From: a virus
Strand: one strand, 5' to 3'
DNA: 64,000 bases
Virus record (IMG/VR): IMGVR_UViG_3300037247_001314
Location: 1 to 64,000 of that record
The translations under genes were made by a program, and so were the position numbers. Shown here one piece after another: positions 19,210-29,193 of the stretch. Numbering within the stretch: position 1 is the first letter of the stretch; the number at the start of each line of letters is the position of its first letter. The notes under the pieces are model-generated. The model worked only from the letters and a program-made list of their open reading frames with translations, was not told the origin of the DNA and ran no database searches.

Positions 19210-19887
19210 CTAGGCCGCCTGCGGGGAACGTTGAGCTTTAGCGACCGCCATGACCTCTTGGGCAAGGCCCTTGGAGAGTTCAGTGGCAATCTCGTACTTC
19301 GCGATGGCGGTGGACATGTTTTCGCCACCCTTCGAGAACCCGCCGTTCTCCTGAGAAATCGTCTGCATGACGTCCAGGACTTCGCTCTTCGAGAGCTTGT
19401 TGGCCGCGGGAGGTTGGCCAGCGATTGGCCGCTCGACGGGAGCAGCAGGCCCGAGCCCTTTGCTGAGGACAGGACCCGCGGGTTGACCCGAGAGGGCCGC
19501 CACTTGGTCGGAAAGGCTCTTCACCATTTCGCCCATCTGGACGACGCTGGTGGCGAGAGCACAGCGGAACTGGTGCTCGCTGCCTTCGCCCTTTTCGATG
19601 CGATCGGCGAGAACAGTGAGGGCGTCGACGACACCAGCGTGCTGCTCCTTGATATAGGGGCTCACGTCGACGCTCTTCACCAAGGCCTCCGTCTGGAGCG
19701 GGGCGGTAGCTGCCGCTGCGAGTGTGCCCGAGCCGCCAAGGCTCTTGAGAAGCTCTTCGCGCTCCTCGGGAGTAGCAGTGCCGGCGTTGGCCTTTTCAAA
19801 AAGGGCCTTCGATCGAGCAGCCGGGTTGCTCGCCTCAGCCGCAGCGGTGAGGGCATCCAAGCCCGTCTGGAGTTGTGTTTGGTCCAT
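19210..19887 (-). CDS. Scaffold-like protein
   Basis: Between protease and capsid; start MDQTQ with GAGGAG RBS; many hxK[SG] sites. Confidence 0.6.
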   Translation of the reverse strand: MDQTQLQTGLDALTAAAEASNPAARSKALFEKANAGTATPEEREELLKSLGGSGTLAAAATAPLQTEALVKSVDVSPYIKEQHAGVVDALTVLADRIEKGEGSEHQFRCALATSVVQMGEMVKSLSDQVAALSGQPAGPVLSKGLGPAAPVERPIAGQPPAANKLSKSEVLDVMQTISQENGGFSKGGENMSTAIAKYEIATELSKGLAQEVMAVAKAQRSPQAA

Positions 19888-19901
19888 TTGTTGGGGTCTC
19901 C

Positions 19902-20744
19902 TCAGAGCCTTCCGTGCTCTGCCAGGGTTTCGAGCGTGCAATATGCGCGCTCTGCGAAAACGTGGTCGGCTCCGGGGAACCGAGTCAAAATGAGGGCGAG
20001 AGCCTCGCTCTTGCTGATGCGCTCGTCTTGCTGCGCCGCAAGGTCTTTCTCGTCGCTCTCCAAAGATTGGGGGGACAAGATGCGACCGGCACCTTCGCCA
20101 GTGGTCGAGCCTTGGGTACTTGGGTGCTCGCCAGCGGGGGCCGCGTTGCCAGTCGTCGCCGTCATAGCCTTGATGGCTTGCTGCGCAGCTTCTTCGTCGC
20201 CCTCTTCGATAGCCACCATGCTCTTCGCCAAACACTCCAGACGAGTACCAAAGCCTATGGGGCAGTTGGTAATAGCGGTGTGCTTTACGATCGCTTCAGC
20301 GACGGTCTTGCGGTTAGGGCCTGTGCGCCGGACGACATCACCCTCGATGGAAAAACCGAGGCGGCGTTCATTGCCCGCTTTTGCGAGAGCACGGCCAAGG
20401 TCCCAAATACGGTTAGCGCGCGGAGTGTCGACCATCCAGCCTTCAGCCCACGTGCCGTTCGCGTCGGCGGTTTGGCCGTCCGGCAGCAACTCGCCTTTTT
20501 GGAAACGACGCACACCCGTGGGATAGCCGAGGGGTGAGTCGGTGTCCTTGCTGTGGTTGTCGTTGAACCAACCACTCTCCAAAAACGGCTTAAAGTTGAG
20601 CCCCTTCTGGACGACGATTTCACCTTGCTTGTCGAGGATGTCTGTCGAAATAATACCAGCGATGCGCCTTCGCATTCCACGCGGACCGCTAGCCTTCTCA
20701 AAGAAGGACAGCGGAGCGAAGAACTTGAAAGGGTCAGCACCCAT
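19902..20744 (-). CDS. Prohead protease
   Basis: ISTDILDKQGE, GWFNDNH, LGFSIEG, AITNCP. Confidence 0.88.
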   Translation of the reverse strand: MGADPFKFFAPLSFFEKASGPRGMRRRIAGIISTDILDKQGEIVVQKGLNFKPFLESGWFNDNHSKDTDSPLGYPTGVRRFQKGELLPDGQTADANGTWAEGWMVDTPRANRIWDLGRALAKAGNERRLGFSIEGDVVRRTGPNRKTVAEAIVKHTAITNCPIGFGTRLECLAKSMVAIEEGDEEAAQQAIKAMTATTGNAAPAGEHPSTQGSTTGEGAGRILSPQSLESDEKDLAAQQDERISKSEALALILTRFPGADHVFAERAYCTLETLAEHGRL

Positions 20745-20763
20745 TGCTCATCTCCAAAAACAG

Positions 20764-20813
20764 AAAAAGGCGAAGTCCAGACAGAGCATCAAAGCTCCCT
20801 CTGCGACTTCGCC
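20764..20813 (-). terminator. Long terminator/attenuator-like hairpin in the protease leader
   Basis: GGCGAAGTC...GACTTCGCC with inner stems, then TTTTT, about 20 nt before the protease ATG. Confidence 0.55.
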
Positions 20814-20871
20814 CCTACTCGAACCCTCAATCGGTTCCTAATCGGGCCCACGCGCGTGCGTTAGGTTGTCC

Positions 20872-21108
20872 TTAAGATGTATCTGTACGTCCAGATGGAG
20901 TCAAGCTTCCGCTAGGGACGACATAGCGCTCTGGCGCCAAATCCAAACCATCGTCCAGACGAATAGGCAGCTCCACAGATTGCTTGCACCAATGACATTG
21001 TGCTCGCGCGACGCCCTTGTCGTCGAAGCGAACTATCCCCTGAATGCGCAGACGCGTCTCGTCGCCCGCCTTCTGGAGCAGTCTGTTTTTGCAATGCGGG
21101 CACCTCAC
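20872..21108 (-). CDS. Zn-ribbon protein (Mu Com-like)
   Basis: MRCPHCKNRLL...AQCHWCK. Confidence 0.55.
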   Translation of the reverse strand: MRCPHCKNRLLQKAGDETRLRIQGIVRFDDKGVARAQCHWCKQSVELPIRLDDGLDLAPERYVVPSGSLTPSGRTDTS

Positions 21109-21455
21109 TACAAAAACTCCTTGAACCGTTCCTCGAGCCTCGTTTGAGCCTCAGCCTCATTTGCCGCTGTTGGCCAATCCTCATCGGGGAACTGCGTGCC
21201 GAGTTCGGCGTAACGCTGCACCGTCGGCCAGAGCAGAAGGATAATGCCCTCAGCTGTTGGCACACGCAGGATACCGTCCTCGGGGTCATCAAGGAAGTCA
21301 GGGTGCTCGTCCAGAAAGGGGAGCCACAACTTCCCATTGCCCGGAGTGTTTGATAGCTGGAGTCGACCCGCAGACATGCTCACCTTCACGGCAGCTGTGA
21401 GCGGTTGGCGGGGGGAAACGCGCAAGTCGCGCACGATGTAAATGCCGGCTTTCAT
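21108..21455 (-). CDS. Hypothetical protein
   Basis: ATGA-coupled to the 2465-aa gene (MKAGIYIV). Confidence 0.55.
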   Translation of the reverse strand: MKAGIYIVRDLRVSPRQPLTAAVKVSMSAGRLQLSNTPGNGKLWLPFLDEHPDFLDDPEDGILRVPTAEGIILLLWPTVQRYAELGTQFPDEDWPTAANEAEAQTRLEERFKEFL

Positions 21456-24400
21456 GCGCCCACCTTCAGACCTTTGCACGCGTCCTTAAGTGCTGTGTCG
21501 GTCTGAGTACCCGTGAAGAAAAAGTCGTCGACGGGGACACCATTGATTTTGGTCTTGCCGGCAGTCTTCATCGTGTTGATGAGTTCGCTGCGGATGGACA
21601 ACGAGCGGCACCACACCCCGGCGATGTCCTCATGAGCGACGCCGTTTTCGAACATCACCTCGTGATTGCTACTCGTGAGCTTCAATACCTCTTCTTCAGG
21701 CTTGCCTGTGTTCTTCGTGTCGGACTGGATTTGCGAGCCGTAACGATCGTGATGATGCGCCCAATAGTCTGCGCGCTTGAGGACACGCGGATGGTAGATG
21801 TAGCGGACCTGCGTATCGCTGTCGTCGTAACCGTGCACTGAACTTGCACCAGGGCCGCCCTTGCGCGCGACGCGCACCATCGTGCCCGCAGCGCCGCCCG
21901 TGTTGATGTCGTCGCTAGCTTGCGAACTCTTTGGCGCGGTGCCGTTTGTGTAGCCTTGTTTCCTCGATGGGATGCCTGTCTCGCTGAGCAAGATTGACGC
22001 TGCAGCTCCCGGGGAAGCCCCGCCTGTGTGCGCGAAGTAGACGTCCTTGAGTTCCTCCTTGCTGAAGCGGTCAAACCAGACAGTGTGCGCTCCGCCAGCG
22101 CCAACACGAATCTCAGCGGTGTCGACGTACTTCGCGTAGTCCATTTTCTTCAGCTGGCCATCCAGCCAAGCCTCGTCAGCATACTTGCGCCTGTCGAGGT
22201 CGTTACCGTCGATGTCGTAGAGCCAGTGCCCGCGCGTGCCTAAGCCACACTTCACGATTTGACTCTTGATGAAGAGCCGCTCTGCATCAGCGTCGTGGGT
22301 GCTAGCCGCGAGCTCGGGGGAGACGCCTGCCATCTGGAGTACGTGTTGCAGCTCTGTCTGGACATCTTTCGAGACGGGAATGCGCGCGACGAGACGCCCA
22401 CGCATCGCTACCCCTGCGGCTTGCTTTGGATCGTCTGTCTGGACGTATTTACCAGCTTGGTACATCGTGCCGTTTTGGTGACAAACGCCGACGTAAGAAC
22501 CCCCATCGGTCTTGCCGTCGTAGCCACCCCAGCCGCCTTCGATAGGCGTGTTGCCTTTCTTGTGCAGCCCCGTGTCCTCGTCGTAGATGTCGAAGCTTGG
22601 TGCTCCCTTCTTGTCGACCGGATGGTAGTATTTGACAACGCCCTTCGAGAGCTTTGAAGCGTCAGGCTCAAAATGCAGAAGGTCGCCGGTGAGCTCGTAA
22701 TAATCTTCGCCGTCTGGGTTGTCGACGCGGCGCACACTCACTTGGTGGTTTTGCCAAAGCCCTGCAGCGCCGTGCCTGATGGAATGGCCCCAGTGCCCCA
22801 TCTTGAACGAGTCGAGCGCAGCGAGGTCCCCTTCGTTATTCACCGCGAGCCCGCCCTGCTTTTGTGGGCCGAGTGCGAATGGCACGGGTGCTTGCACAAA
22901 CGCTGGCGGAAGCTCGGGGAGTATCGGGGTGACTTCCTTTGACGTTTCAAAGGCAGCGTCGAGGTCGGCCTTCGACACCGTGAAGACGGTACTGACGGAT
23001 ACCTGCGGTTCCCCGTGAGCAGTGATACCCTTTGCCGCTAAATACGCTGCAGCGTCTTCCTTTACCTTCGCAGAGACGCCGTTGAACTTGATGACAAGTT
23101 TGTCGGGCTCGCTGTCGTGCGCCTTAATCTTTTTCGGTTTCCCGGGCTCGATAGCCGTGAGGTCCGCGAGTACAACATCCCGCACCGTTTTGGTGACAAT
23201 CTCGTTAACCTCAAAGGTGGTGCCTTTCGGGTAAGTCAGACCATCGTGCGCAGCCTTGAGATACTTAGCGTCTGGAAAACGTTTCGCGAGCGCGCTCTTC
23301 TTGACGACGAGCATCGTTCCAAGGGGCGAATCGGAATCCGTCGAGGGTGGCATTCCCTCCCAGTTCTCCACAGACGTGTGGAACGCATTCGCGTCTTTGC
23401 CGGCGAGCAAATAGTTACCCTTGCCGTCCTCATGAACGTGCAGGCCTGCAGTGTAGCCTCCGTCTGCTAGCTGCTTCTGGAAGTGTGCGAGTACAAGCAA
23501 GTCCTCCGCGTCGGTCGGCTTCAGATTGTCTTTCGCCCACGCAGTCCAAGCTTGCGCTTTCTTGATTTGCTCCGAGTTGACGGGAACCTTGGGCTTCACC
23601 ACCTGGAGCGTGACGGGAGTCTTTTTCTTTTTGACCTTGTCACCAGGCCACTGAACAGACGCCCCACCTGCGTCTTTCACTAGGCTCGCTATTTGGTGCG
23701 AGGCGTAGACGCCAATGCCTTCACCCATCTTGTCGACACCGGTGAACTTCGAGTACGGCTTCCCACCGTCGGCCGTGAAGATGTCGCCCCACTTCGTGTG
23801 GAGCTTCACGTTCGCAGGGAGTTCTTTGATTTTGTCGTTGATGGTCGTCGACTTGAGATGGCCGCCGAGTGCCTTGACTTTCTTCACGCCCGACGGGTGC
23901 GAGGGCGTCTTCACCGTCAACGGGTCGACGACGACAGAATGCGTAGCGACTGATGTGTTGCCGTAGAGGTTGCCGTCGTTACCCTTCCAATAGGTCACGT
24001 TCTCTTTGACGAGTTGAATGCCAAACTTGTGGTCGGAATGCAGGACCGTCCCCACAGGGAGAGCCTTGAGTTCTGCCGGCGTCATCGAAGAAAAGTTACC
24101 CAGCGCGGGATCGAAACCGGCGTAGCCTGAATCGCTCTCCAACGTGAAGTCGGCCACGAGACTCGACGGGATGCCTTCCGACATCGGCTCGCCATCGTCA
24201 CCGATACCGGCCCAGTTACCGTTGGCGAGCTTGACGAGCTTGTCTCCAGACTTCACATGCACGCTGGCCCCAACGGGAGCCGCCTCGAGCGTGTCGACTG
24301 AGTTCACCGGCGATGTGCCGGGCCAGTCGTAGTTTGGCGCCGGAGTAATTGTTGGCGGGGTGGACGCAGCCTCGATGGCAGTCGTCTCAACAGCAAACTC

Positions 24401-27400
24401 TTTTACTGTTGCGCCGTGGTCCCCGAGCAGGCACCACGCGTTTAGGGCTCCTATGTGGGCCTGTGCCGGCTTGAGCGGAGCGAGGTTGTGGTCGTCGATA
24501 AACGTTTGAAGTACACCAGCGGCTGAGAGGCTTGCTCCCGCATTTGGATAGAAACGGAGAACATGTTCGCCACCGTGTGGGCTCACGGTGAACTTGCCGC
24601 CGTACTTCTGCTGCACCGACTCTTGCTGGATGTAGTCGCCGAGCACCATCTTCGTGACGACGGCTTTCGTCTTTTGCTCGGGGGGAATGTCTTGTGGATG
24701 GGCGCCGATGGCGGAGTCAGCCGTTATTAGCGCAGCATGGGTCGCGAAAGTGTCGTCTTGAGCGAACGCAGCAGTGTCGAGGTGGAATGCTTCTTCCATC
24801 GCTTCGTAACTGCCAGTTTTGCCGAGCGCGCTCCCGAGCGCGTAGAGCGCCGTCTGATTAGCGTCCCCGTGCGTGACGGCGCCATCCTCATTAACCGCTA
24901 CAAACTTTACTTGCCAAGGCGCACTACCATCGGTGTTGTACCCACTTGCTGTCGTCGTAATCCAAGTTTTTTTGCCCTTCCATTCGCCTTGTAGCCAAAC
25001 GCCCGTAGGCGGAACCCATGGATCCCAATGCGGACTTTTCATGCCGTAGGTTTTGTCAGGCTTACCTGGAACCGGAGCACCGGCGAGCTTCTGCGCGTTT
25101 GTCCAGACGGCTTCCTTCTCAGCAAAATCGGGTAGCGATTCCTTCGTCGTCACGACTACCGGCCCTGGGTCGCCAGAGATAGACGGGGTGGCCGGGGACC
25201 AACCAGAGAGTAATAGCTCAAGCGGAGTAAGCTCTTTTGGTTCAGGCTGCACAGTGCTTACAGGGTCGTGGGGCATCTGGACGAGCCATTCGAACGACTC
25301 GGGCTGAAAGTCCTTTGGGCTGAATGCGAACTCATCGCCAAGTTTTTTGCTGTACCACTTGCTGTCGTTGTGCTTGGTGTAGGTGTCCTTATCGTGCGTC
25401 ACCGACGAGCCCGGAGCCATCGCGGTAAGTTCGGCTACCGTCAACGGCTTGGCCCCGGAGCCACCAGCTGCGCCTGGCTGATGGATGATTTTGAGGTCGC
25501 TAGCTGCCATCTCCGTTGCAGAGAAGTTTGACCCGATGGTGTTGACGTAGCCGTCAGCAACTTTTTTATACGTGTAGCCCGCTGAGTCCTTGAGCACAGA
25601 GTTGAGAGGAAGTTTTGAAAGCTCGACAAGAGACGGAAGTTTCGCGCCTTTCCAAAGAAGTTTGCTCTCAACGTCTGGAACTGGCCCCGGGAGCACCTTC
25701 CATGTTGTGGAACTCAACGGGAGAAAGTCCGGGTGCGTAACGATGTTGGTGCCAACTGCGACCCATTGCTCGTCAGACTCTTTGATGAACGCCTTCTCAC
25801 CGTTGTTGATCATTGAGCCGAGCGGCATGGCCGCGAGCTCGGCCAACGTGAGTTCTTTTGCGCCAAATAGCGCGGGCAGCACGCCTAGGGGCAGCGGCGA
25901 CTGCGCTGCAGGGGCGTCGGGGGCGAGGACCTTCATGCCGCCATACCCAGACGATGCGTCTCCGGCGATATCGGAACTCAGCTGCTCGTCGGATAACGCA
26001 GGAATATCGGTGATGCCTAATGGCTTCCATCCAGACGCAGTCTTAACCCAACCATCCTCGCCAGGAAGGGTCTCTGGGCCCGGCTTGGATCCCGGCTCGC
26101 CATAGACGAGCATGGTGCCTTCAGGAAGTGCAGCGAGTTCGTCGCCACTCGGAAGTTTCCAATCGTCCCAGCCCGGCTCTCCGGGCGCGCTCGGGGTGAG
26201 CGGCGTAGCGAACGTCATGAGTTCGCCGCTCTTTGGTTTCACGCCAAAAAACTCCCAACCACCTCCAGACGCAACCTTCGTCTTGCCGGTTTGCTTCTTA
26301 TAATCCGCTTTGTCCTCGTAACCCTTCTGGCGGAGCCAGACCCAATCACTTGCTGCCGACAGGCTTTTGAAGGTTTGCTCTGCATCCGCTGCAGCACCGG
26401 GGACACCAGCGATAGAAACCTTGAAGCCTTCTTCCAACACTTCAAGGTCGACCGCTACCTCGTACTCTTTTGTTCCAACGCCAGTGGGCGTCGGTAACAC
26501 AAATGGCTTGAGCATCGTGTGCTTGTGCCCAACAGGAAGCGGACCGCCCTTCTTTGGGTAGACGGGGTTCGCGAGGATGGTGTCCTGGACAACAAAGTCA
26601 GAAATCACCTCAGCCTTAGGCGCGAGCCCGACGACGGGCTTGGGGGGAGGGGGCGGCTTGGGCTTTTTGAGCTGCTGGGTCGCCTTCGCTGCTGCGGAAA
26701 CAGACGGGAGCAATAGCACGGGTTTGAGCCCCGGGCTGGAGGCAGAGAACGCGCCGTACTCTGTCGCTGCACCATTCGACGCTACAGAATAGTATTTGAA
26801 AAGAGGGGCGCCGTCTGGAGATTGGTGAGCGACATAAATGTCAAACGATCCACCTCCGTCGAGAGCTTTGATGACGCTGCCGGGGAGCGGAAGGTTGGCG
26901 GGCCAATCATGTGGCACCGTCGCCTTCGCGTGCTTGGCTGCAAACAACTTCGCAGCATTTGGGATGAGTGCGGAGTCAGCGATGATGCCGTCCTCGACGG
27001 TGGCCAGCATCTCGTGCAGCGTGAGCGCCTTCTGCTCAGGCGTGACCTTCTTTTCAGCGACGAGTTCTTCGTACGTCTTGCTCGCAATGGTAGCTGCGCC
27101 TTGCAGCCCCGCAGCCTTGAGGTCCTCTGCAAACTGTTCCAACTCAAAGAGCTTCGTCGCGCTGAGCGCGATGCCGTTCTTCTTCTTATCCGACGAGTTC
27201 ATGTCTAGCGGAAGATTCTTGTTGAACAGCTGAGTGCCGTCAGCTGCTGCCGCTGGCGACGGGTAGAGTATGAACTTGCCGTCTGGAAACTGCGCCTGCA
27301 CCTCCATCTTGCCCGAAAACGGATTCAGCTCAAAGGCAAACGCAAACGTGTTGCCCGCGACCTTCACAGACGCGTAGTAGCCCGGGCCCGGATAGTTGCT

Positions 27401-28849
27401 TGGCCATCCAGAGGGGTGCGGACCACCTGGATGCATAACGGTCACCTTGCCCTTTGTCATGGGCCAGCCAGGCACTTGGGCGACGTCGACGGGCTTGGCT
27501 GCTTTATCCTCGACAGGAGCCGCCGCGGGCGGACCTTCGTCTGCGCCGGGAATCGTGACGCTCTCACCCGTCATCTCCGATAGAAACGTTTCCCAGTTAC
27601 TGCGCAAGTCTTTGAACCGCTGCTCGATGAGTGCCCATTTTTTCTTAGGCGTGAACCCGTCAAGACCAGCGCCAGCTTCTTCGAGATAGGGCGCGACGAT
27701 GCTGTGGTACTGCTCCAGCGACAGGTTCTTCTCGATGCTGTTGAGCACCTCAGCTGCAGCCTTCACCGGATCGCCTTTGATGTCGCCCTGCTGAAAGAGC
27801 TTCCACATCGCGTTGTAGGCCGGCGAGCTCGGGTTGAGCTTGTAGCTGTCGCTAAGCTTGTCAGCGCCGATGGCCTTGAACGCTTGTCCCTTGTCGAGAG
27901 CAGCGATGTCGCCGTCCATCGTGTGGACGAAGTTGGCGCCGTGGCTGTCGTGGTTGCTCATCATCCAGTCGAGCACTTGGTGCTGAACAAGACGTTCAAA
28001 GTGCTTCTGAAGGACAGACGTCTGGACGCCGTGGTCGCCGCTCACCTCATTGCCGATGTTACCCTTGCTATCGATCCACGACAGGAGCACGCCTTTGTCG
28101 CCCTCGTGCGTGACCATCTCTGCGTCTGGATAGAGCTCGGGCTCGGGGAAGACGAGCTTGGCCACGCGGTTGAACACTTCTTCAGCGCGGGACACCCAAG
28201 TCTGGCCGTTGTTAGTTTTCCAAGCGTATTGATTCCCTTTGTCGTCAACGACAATCTTGCCACCGTGGGTTCCGCCTAGCGCGCCTTTGAGCTTAAGTGT
28301 CGCGAGCATCGTGTCGGAGAACGGAGGGTCCTCGTCAGCGCCGGAAGCGCCCTTCGCTGCCCACGCGACCAACTCGTCTGCATGCGGAATGAGAGGCTCG
28401 CCGACGTGGTCCCACAGCGACGAGGTCTTCACTTTCACCATGCCGCCAGTAGGCACGGTCTTAAGGTCGGGGAAAGAATCCGTGAGTTTCTTAGCGTCGG
28501 CAGCAGACACCACGAACACGCCCGCGTAGCCGTGCCCTTTTGCTGTGACGCCTAGCTCGTCGAGCCAGGCTTCTATTTGCTTGGCGTGGTCGCTATCTGC
28601 GGGGTGCTGCGCCGGGGGCGCCTTTAGAGTCTTTGCCGCGGTCTTCTGCGCTTTGAGTTTCTTCGCAGCCGCTGACCCGCCGTAGACAGGCTTGCCGTTC
28701 TTCCAGCCAACAATCTTTCCACCTTTGGGGCCGATGGCGATTACGGCCATGCCATCCGCGTAGCCAAGCTTCGGCTTCGGGGCCTTGCTTAAGCCGCCAT
28801 GGGCCTTGGCAAAGACAGTGGGCTCAATCGCTAGTGCTGTCTGGAACAT
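21452..28849 (-). CDS. Giant multidomain (polyvalent-type) protein: PI3K/HipA-like kinase, RAMA-like domain, 7 short repeats, C-terminal ART-like domain
   Basis: LGGTHGG..YAWK..AEEV..DWMMSNHDSHGANF..LDKGQAF; FKSLSAAS..GGGWEFF; ELxxLPxG repeats; FAH..SILLSETGIPS..HEVMFENGV..DI. Confidence 0.7.
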   Translation of the reverse strand: MFQTALAIEPTVFAKAHGGLSKAPKPKLGYADGMAVIAIGPKGGKIVGWKNGKPVYGGSAAAKKLKAQKTAAKTLKAPPAQHPADSDHAKQIEAWLDELGVTAKGHGYAGVFVVSAADAKKLTDSFPDLKTVPTGGMVKVKTSSLWDHVGEPLIPHADELVAWAAKGASGADEDPPFSDTMLATLKLKGALGGTHGGKIVVDDKGNQYAWKTNNGQTWVSRAEEVFNRVAKLVFPEPELYPDAEMVTHEGDKGVLLSWIDSKGNIGNEVSGDHGVQTSVLQKHFERLVQHQVLDWMMSNHDSHGANFVHTMDGDIAALDKGQAFKAIGADKLSDSYKLNPSSPAYNAMWKLFQQGDIKGDPVKAAAEVLNSIEKNLSLEQYHSIVAPYLEEAGAGLDGFTPKKKWALIEQRFKDLRSNWETFLSEMTGESVTIPGADEGPPAAAPVEDKAAKPVDVAQVPGWPMTKGKVTVMHPGGPHPSGWPSNYPGPGYYASVKVAGNTFAFAFELNPFSGKMEVQAQFPDGKFILYPSPAAAADGTQLFNKNLPLDMNSSDKKKNGIALSATKLFELEQFAEDLKAAGLQGAATIASKTYEELVAEKKVTPEQKALTLHEMLATVEDGIIADSALIPNAAKLFAAKHAKATVPHDWPANLPLPGSVIKALDGGGSFDIYVAHQSPDGAPLFKYYSVASNGAATEYGAFSASSPGLKPVLLLPSVSAAAKATQQLKKPKPPPPPKPVVGLAPKAEVISDFVVQDTILANPVYPKKGGPLPVGHKHTMLKPFVLPTPTGVGTKEYEVAVDLEVLEEGFKVSIAGVPGAAADAEQTFKSLSAASDWVWLRQKGYEDKADYKKQTGKTKVASGGGWEFFGVKPKSGELMTFATPLTPSAPGEPGWDDWKLPSGDELAALPEGTMLVYGEPGSKPGPETLPGEDGWVKTASGWKPLGITDIPALSDEQLSSDIAGDASSGYGGMKVLAPDAPAAQSPLPLGVLPALFGAKELTLAELAAMPLGSMINNGEKAFIKESDEQWVAVGTNIVTHPDFLPLSSTTWKVLPGPVPDVESKLLWKGAKLPSLVELSKLPLNSVLKDSAGYTYKKVADGYVNTIGSNFSATEMAASDLKIIHQPGAAGGSGAKPLTVAELTAMAPGSSVTHDKDTYTKHNDSKWYSKKLGDEFAFSPKDFQPESFEWLVQMPHDPVSTVQPEPKELTPLELLLSGWSPATPSISGDPGPVVVTTKESLPDFAEKEAVWTNAQKLAGAPVPGKPDKTYGMKSPHWDPWVPPTGVWLQGEWKGKKTWITTTASGYNTDGSAPWQVKFVAVNEDGAVTHGDANQTALYALGSALGKTGSYEAMEEAFHLDTAAFAQDDTFATHAALITADSAIGAHPQDIPPEQKTKAVVTKMVLGDYIQQESVQQKYGGKFTVSPHGGEHVLRFYPNAGASLSAAGVLQTFIDDHNLAPLKPAQAHIGALNAWCLLGDHGATVKEFAVETTAIEAASTPPTITPAPNYDWPGTSPVNSVDTLEAAPVGASVHVKSGDKLVKLANGNWAGIGDDGEPMSEGIPSSLVADFTLESDSGYAGFDPALGNFSSMTPAELKALPVGTVLHSDHKFGIQLVKENVTYWKGNDGNLYGNTSVATHSVVVDPLTVKTPSHPSGVKKVKALGGHLKSTTINDKIKELPANVKLHTKWGDIFTADGGKPYSKFTGVDKMGEGIGVYASHQIASLVKDAGGASVQWPGDKVKKKKTPVTLQVVKPKVPVNSEQIKKAQAWTAWAKDNLKPTDAEDLLVLAHFQKQLADGGYTAGLHVHEDGKGNYLLAGKDANAFHTSVENWEGMPPSTDSDSPLGTMLVVKKSALAKRFPDAKYLKAAHDGLTYPKGTTFEVNEIVTKTVRDVVLADLTAIEPGKPKKIKAHDSEPDKLVIKFNGVSAKVKEDAAAYLAAKGITAHGEPQVSVSTVFTVSKADLDAAFETSKEVTPILPELPPAFVQAPVPFALGPQKQGGLAVNNEGDLAALDSFKMGHWGHSIRHGAAGLWQNHQVSVRRVDNPDGEDYYELTGDLLHFEPDASKLSKGVVKYYHPVDKKGAPSFDIYDEDTGLHKKGNTPIEGGWGGYDGKTDGGSYVGVCHQNGTMYQAGKYVQTDDPKQAAGVAMRGRLVARIPVSKDVQTELQHVLQMAGVSPELAASTHDADAERLFIKSQIVKCGLGTRGHWLYDIDGNDLDRRKYADEAWLDGQLKKMDYAKYVDTAEIRVGAGGAHTVWFDRFSKEELKDVYFAHTGGASPGAAASILLSETGIPSRKQGYTNGTAPKSSQASDDINTGGAAGTMVRVARKGGPGASSVHGYDDSDTQVRYIYHPRVLKRADYWAHHHDRYGSQIQSDTKNTGKPEEEVLKLTSSNHEVMFENGVAHEDIAGVWCRSLSIRSELINTMKTAGKTKINGVPVDDFFFTGTQTDTALKDACKGLKVGA

Positions 28850-28881
28850 GGCACCACCCTACTCGGGATGCGGAGAGGGGG

Positions 28882-29193
28882 CTACTGAGGAACGACGAAG
28901 GTGACTGCCTTCTTCTTTTTCTTTTTGGGAAAGCTTTTGCTGAGTGCAACCTCCAAGTCGACGTCGTCTGGCAGCGCGTGCTGTTGTGCGAGTTCGCCAT
29001 CAATGCGGATGTCGTAAAAGGTGCCGGCGAGTTCAGGATTCGCCCCTTCAATGAGCAAATCGCGCTTGCCCGCTACCCACGCACGCGCGTAGTCGCCAAG
29101 CACCTTCATGCCCTGCGGCGTGAAAGAGCCGTCGTCGTTCTCCGTCGCTAGCGCTTTCGAAAGCTCGACCGTTATCTGGATGTGCTCAACCAT
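28882..29193 (-). CDS. Hypothetical protein (LSKA/LSKS sites)
   Basis: Coupled to the MuF gene; poly-Lys then AVTFVV tail. Confidence 0.55.
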   Translation of the reverse strand: MVEHIQITVELSKALATENDDGSFTPQGMKVLGDYARAWVAGKRDLLIEGANPELAGTFYDIRIDGELAQQHALPDDVDLEVALSKSFPKKKKKKAVTFVVPQ

